Source: Pseudomonadota bacterium
Lineage (GTDB): Bacteria > Bdellovibrionota_G > JALEGL01 > DATDPG01
Length of the DNA stretch: 12,985 bases
Assembly (NCBI GenBank): GCA_043804515.1
Contig: JAZDIZ010000032.1
Coordinates: 1-12,985, forward strand
Direction of reading: 5' to 3'
Shown here: positions 12,790 to 12,985 of the stretch, in pieces
Layout of the letters: every line of letters begins with the position of its first letter
How positions within the stretch are numbered: position 1 is the stretch's first letter
Translations under genes and position numbers: made by a program
The notes under the pieces: model-generated
The model's input: only the letters and a program-made list of their open reading frames with translations
Database searches by the model: none
Told to the model about the DNA's origin: nothing

Positions 12790-12985
12790 TAACAGGCTGC
12801 GGAAAAACTGGCATCGAAGTCCGCCGCCGGCGCGTCCCAAACAAAAAAAGGTTGTTTAAGGGGGGAAGACGGGGCCTGCAACTCGGCCAGCGTCACGGGC
12901 GACTCGAAAGCAATTCGGCCTCGGACTGAAACATCTTTCCTGCAAAATACTGATTGTGCATCCGGCATAAGTGCCTGATGTTCTC
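12790..12985. mobile_element. Possible left end of an IS (IS5/IS1182-like) or derived MITE, continuing beyond the window
   Basis: TA-ACAGGCTGCGGAAAAA at 12790-12807 resembles, from memory, the CAGGCTG(C/T)TGAAAAA-type IS terminal repeat. An IHF-like TAAGTGCCTGAT lies at 12968-12979. No transposase or partner repeat is visible. Confidence 0.35.

Overview
GC-rich chromosomal window from a diderm bacterium. A delta-proteobacterial-like origin is my inference, based on gene content and the sigma-54 machinery. Most of the window is one tightly packed minus-strand run of ten genes (12102->1482): secreted hypothetical, lipB, hisS, aspS, rnhB, yraN, HAMP histidine kinase, NtrC-family sigma-54 response regulator, exported coiled-coil/low-complexity protein and an outer-membrane beta-barrel. 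A cold-shock protein gene follows, with its own consensus sigma-70 promoter and a long structured leader. A solitary bioY is divergent at the right end and is followed by a possible IS/MITE end. At the left end are an orphan membrane/exported protein and a strong sigma-54 promoter pointing off the window edge. The best leads are: (i) the kinase-regulator-coiled-coil-barrel module, a candidate trans-envelope sensing system with a nearby candidate sigma-54 target promoter; (ii) a densely structured 3' region of the csp gene carrying three copies of GAAAACTTG; (iii) back-to-back, apparently leaderless promoters around a perfect palindrome upstream of bioY. All calls come from reading the sequence; no searches or folding programs were run.
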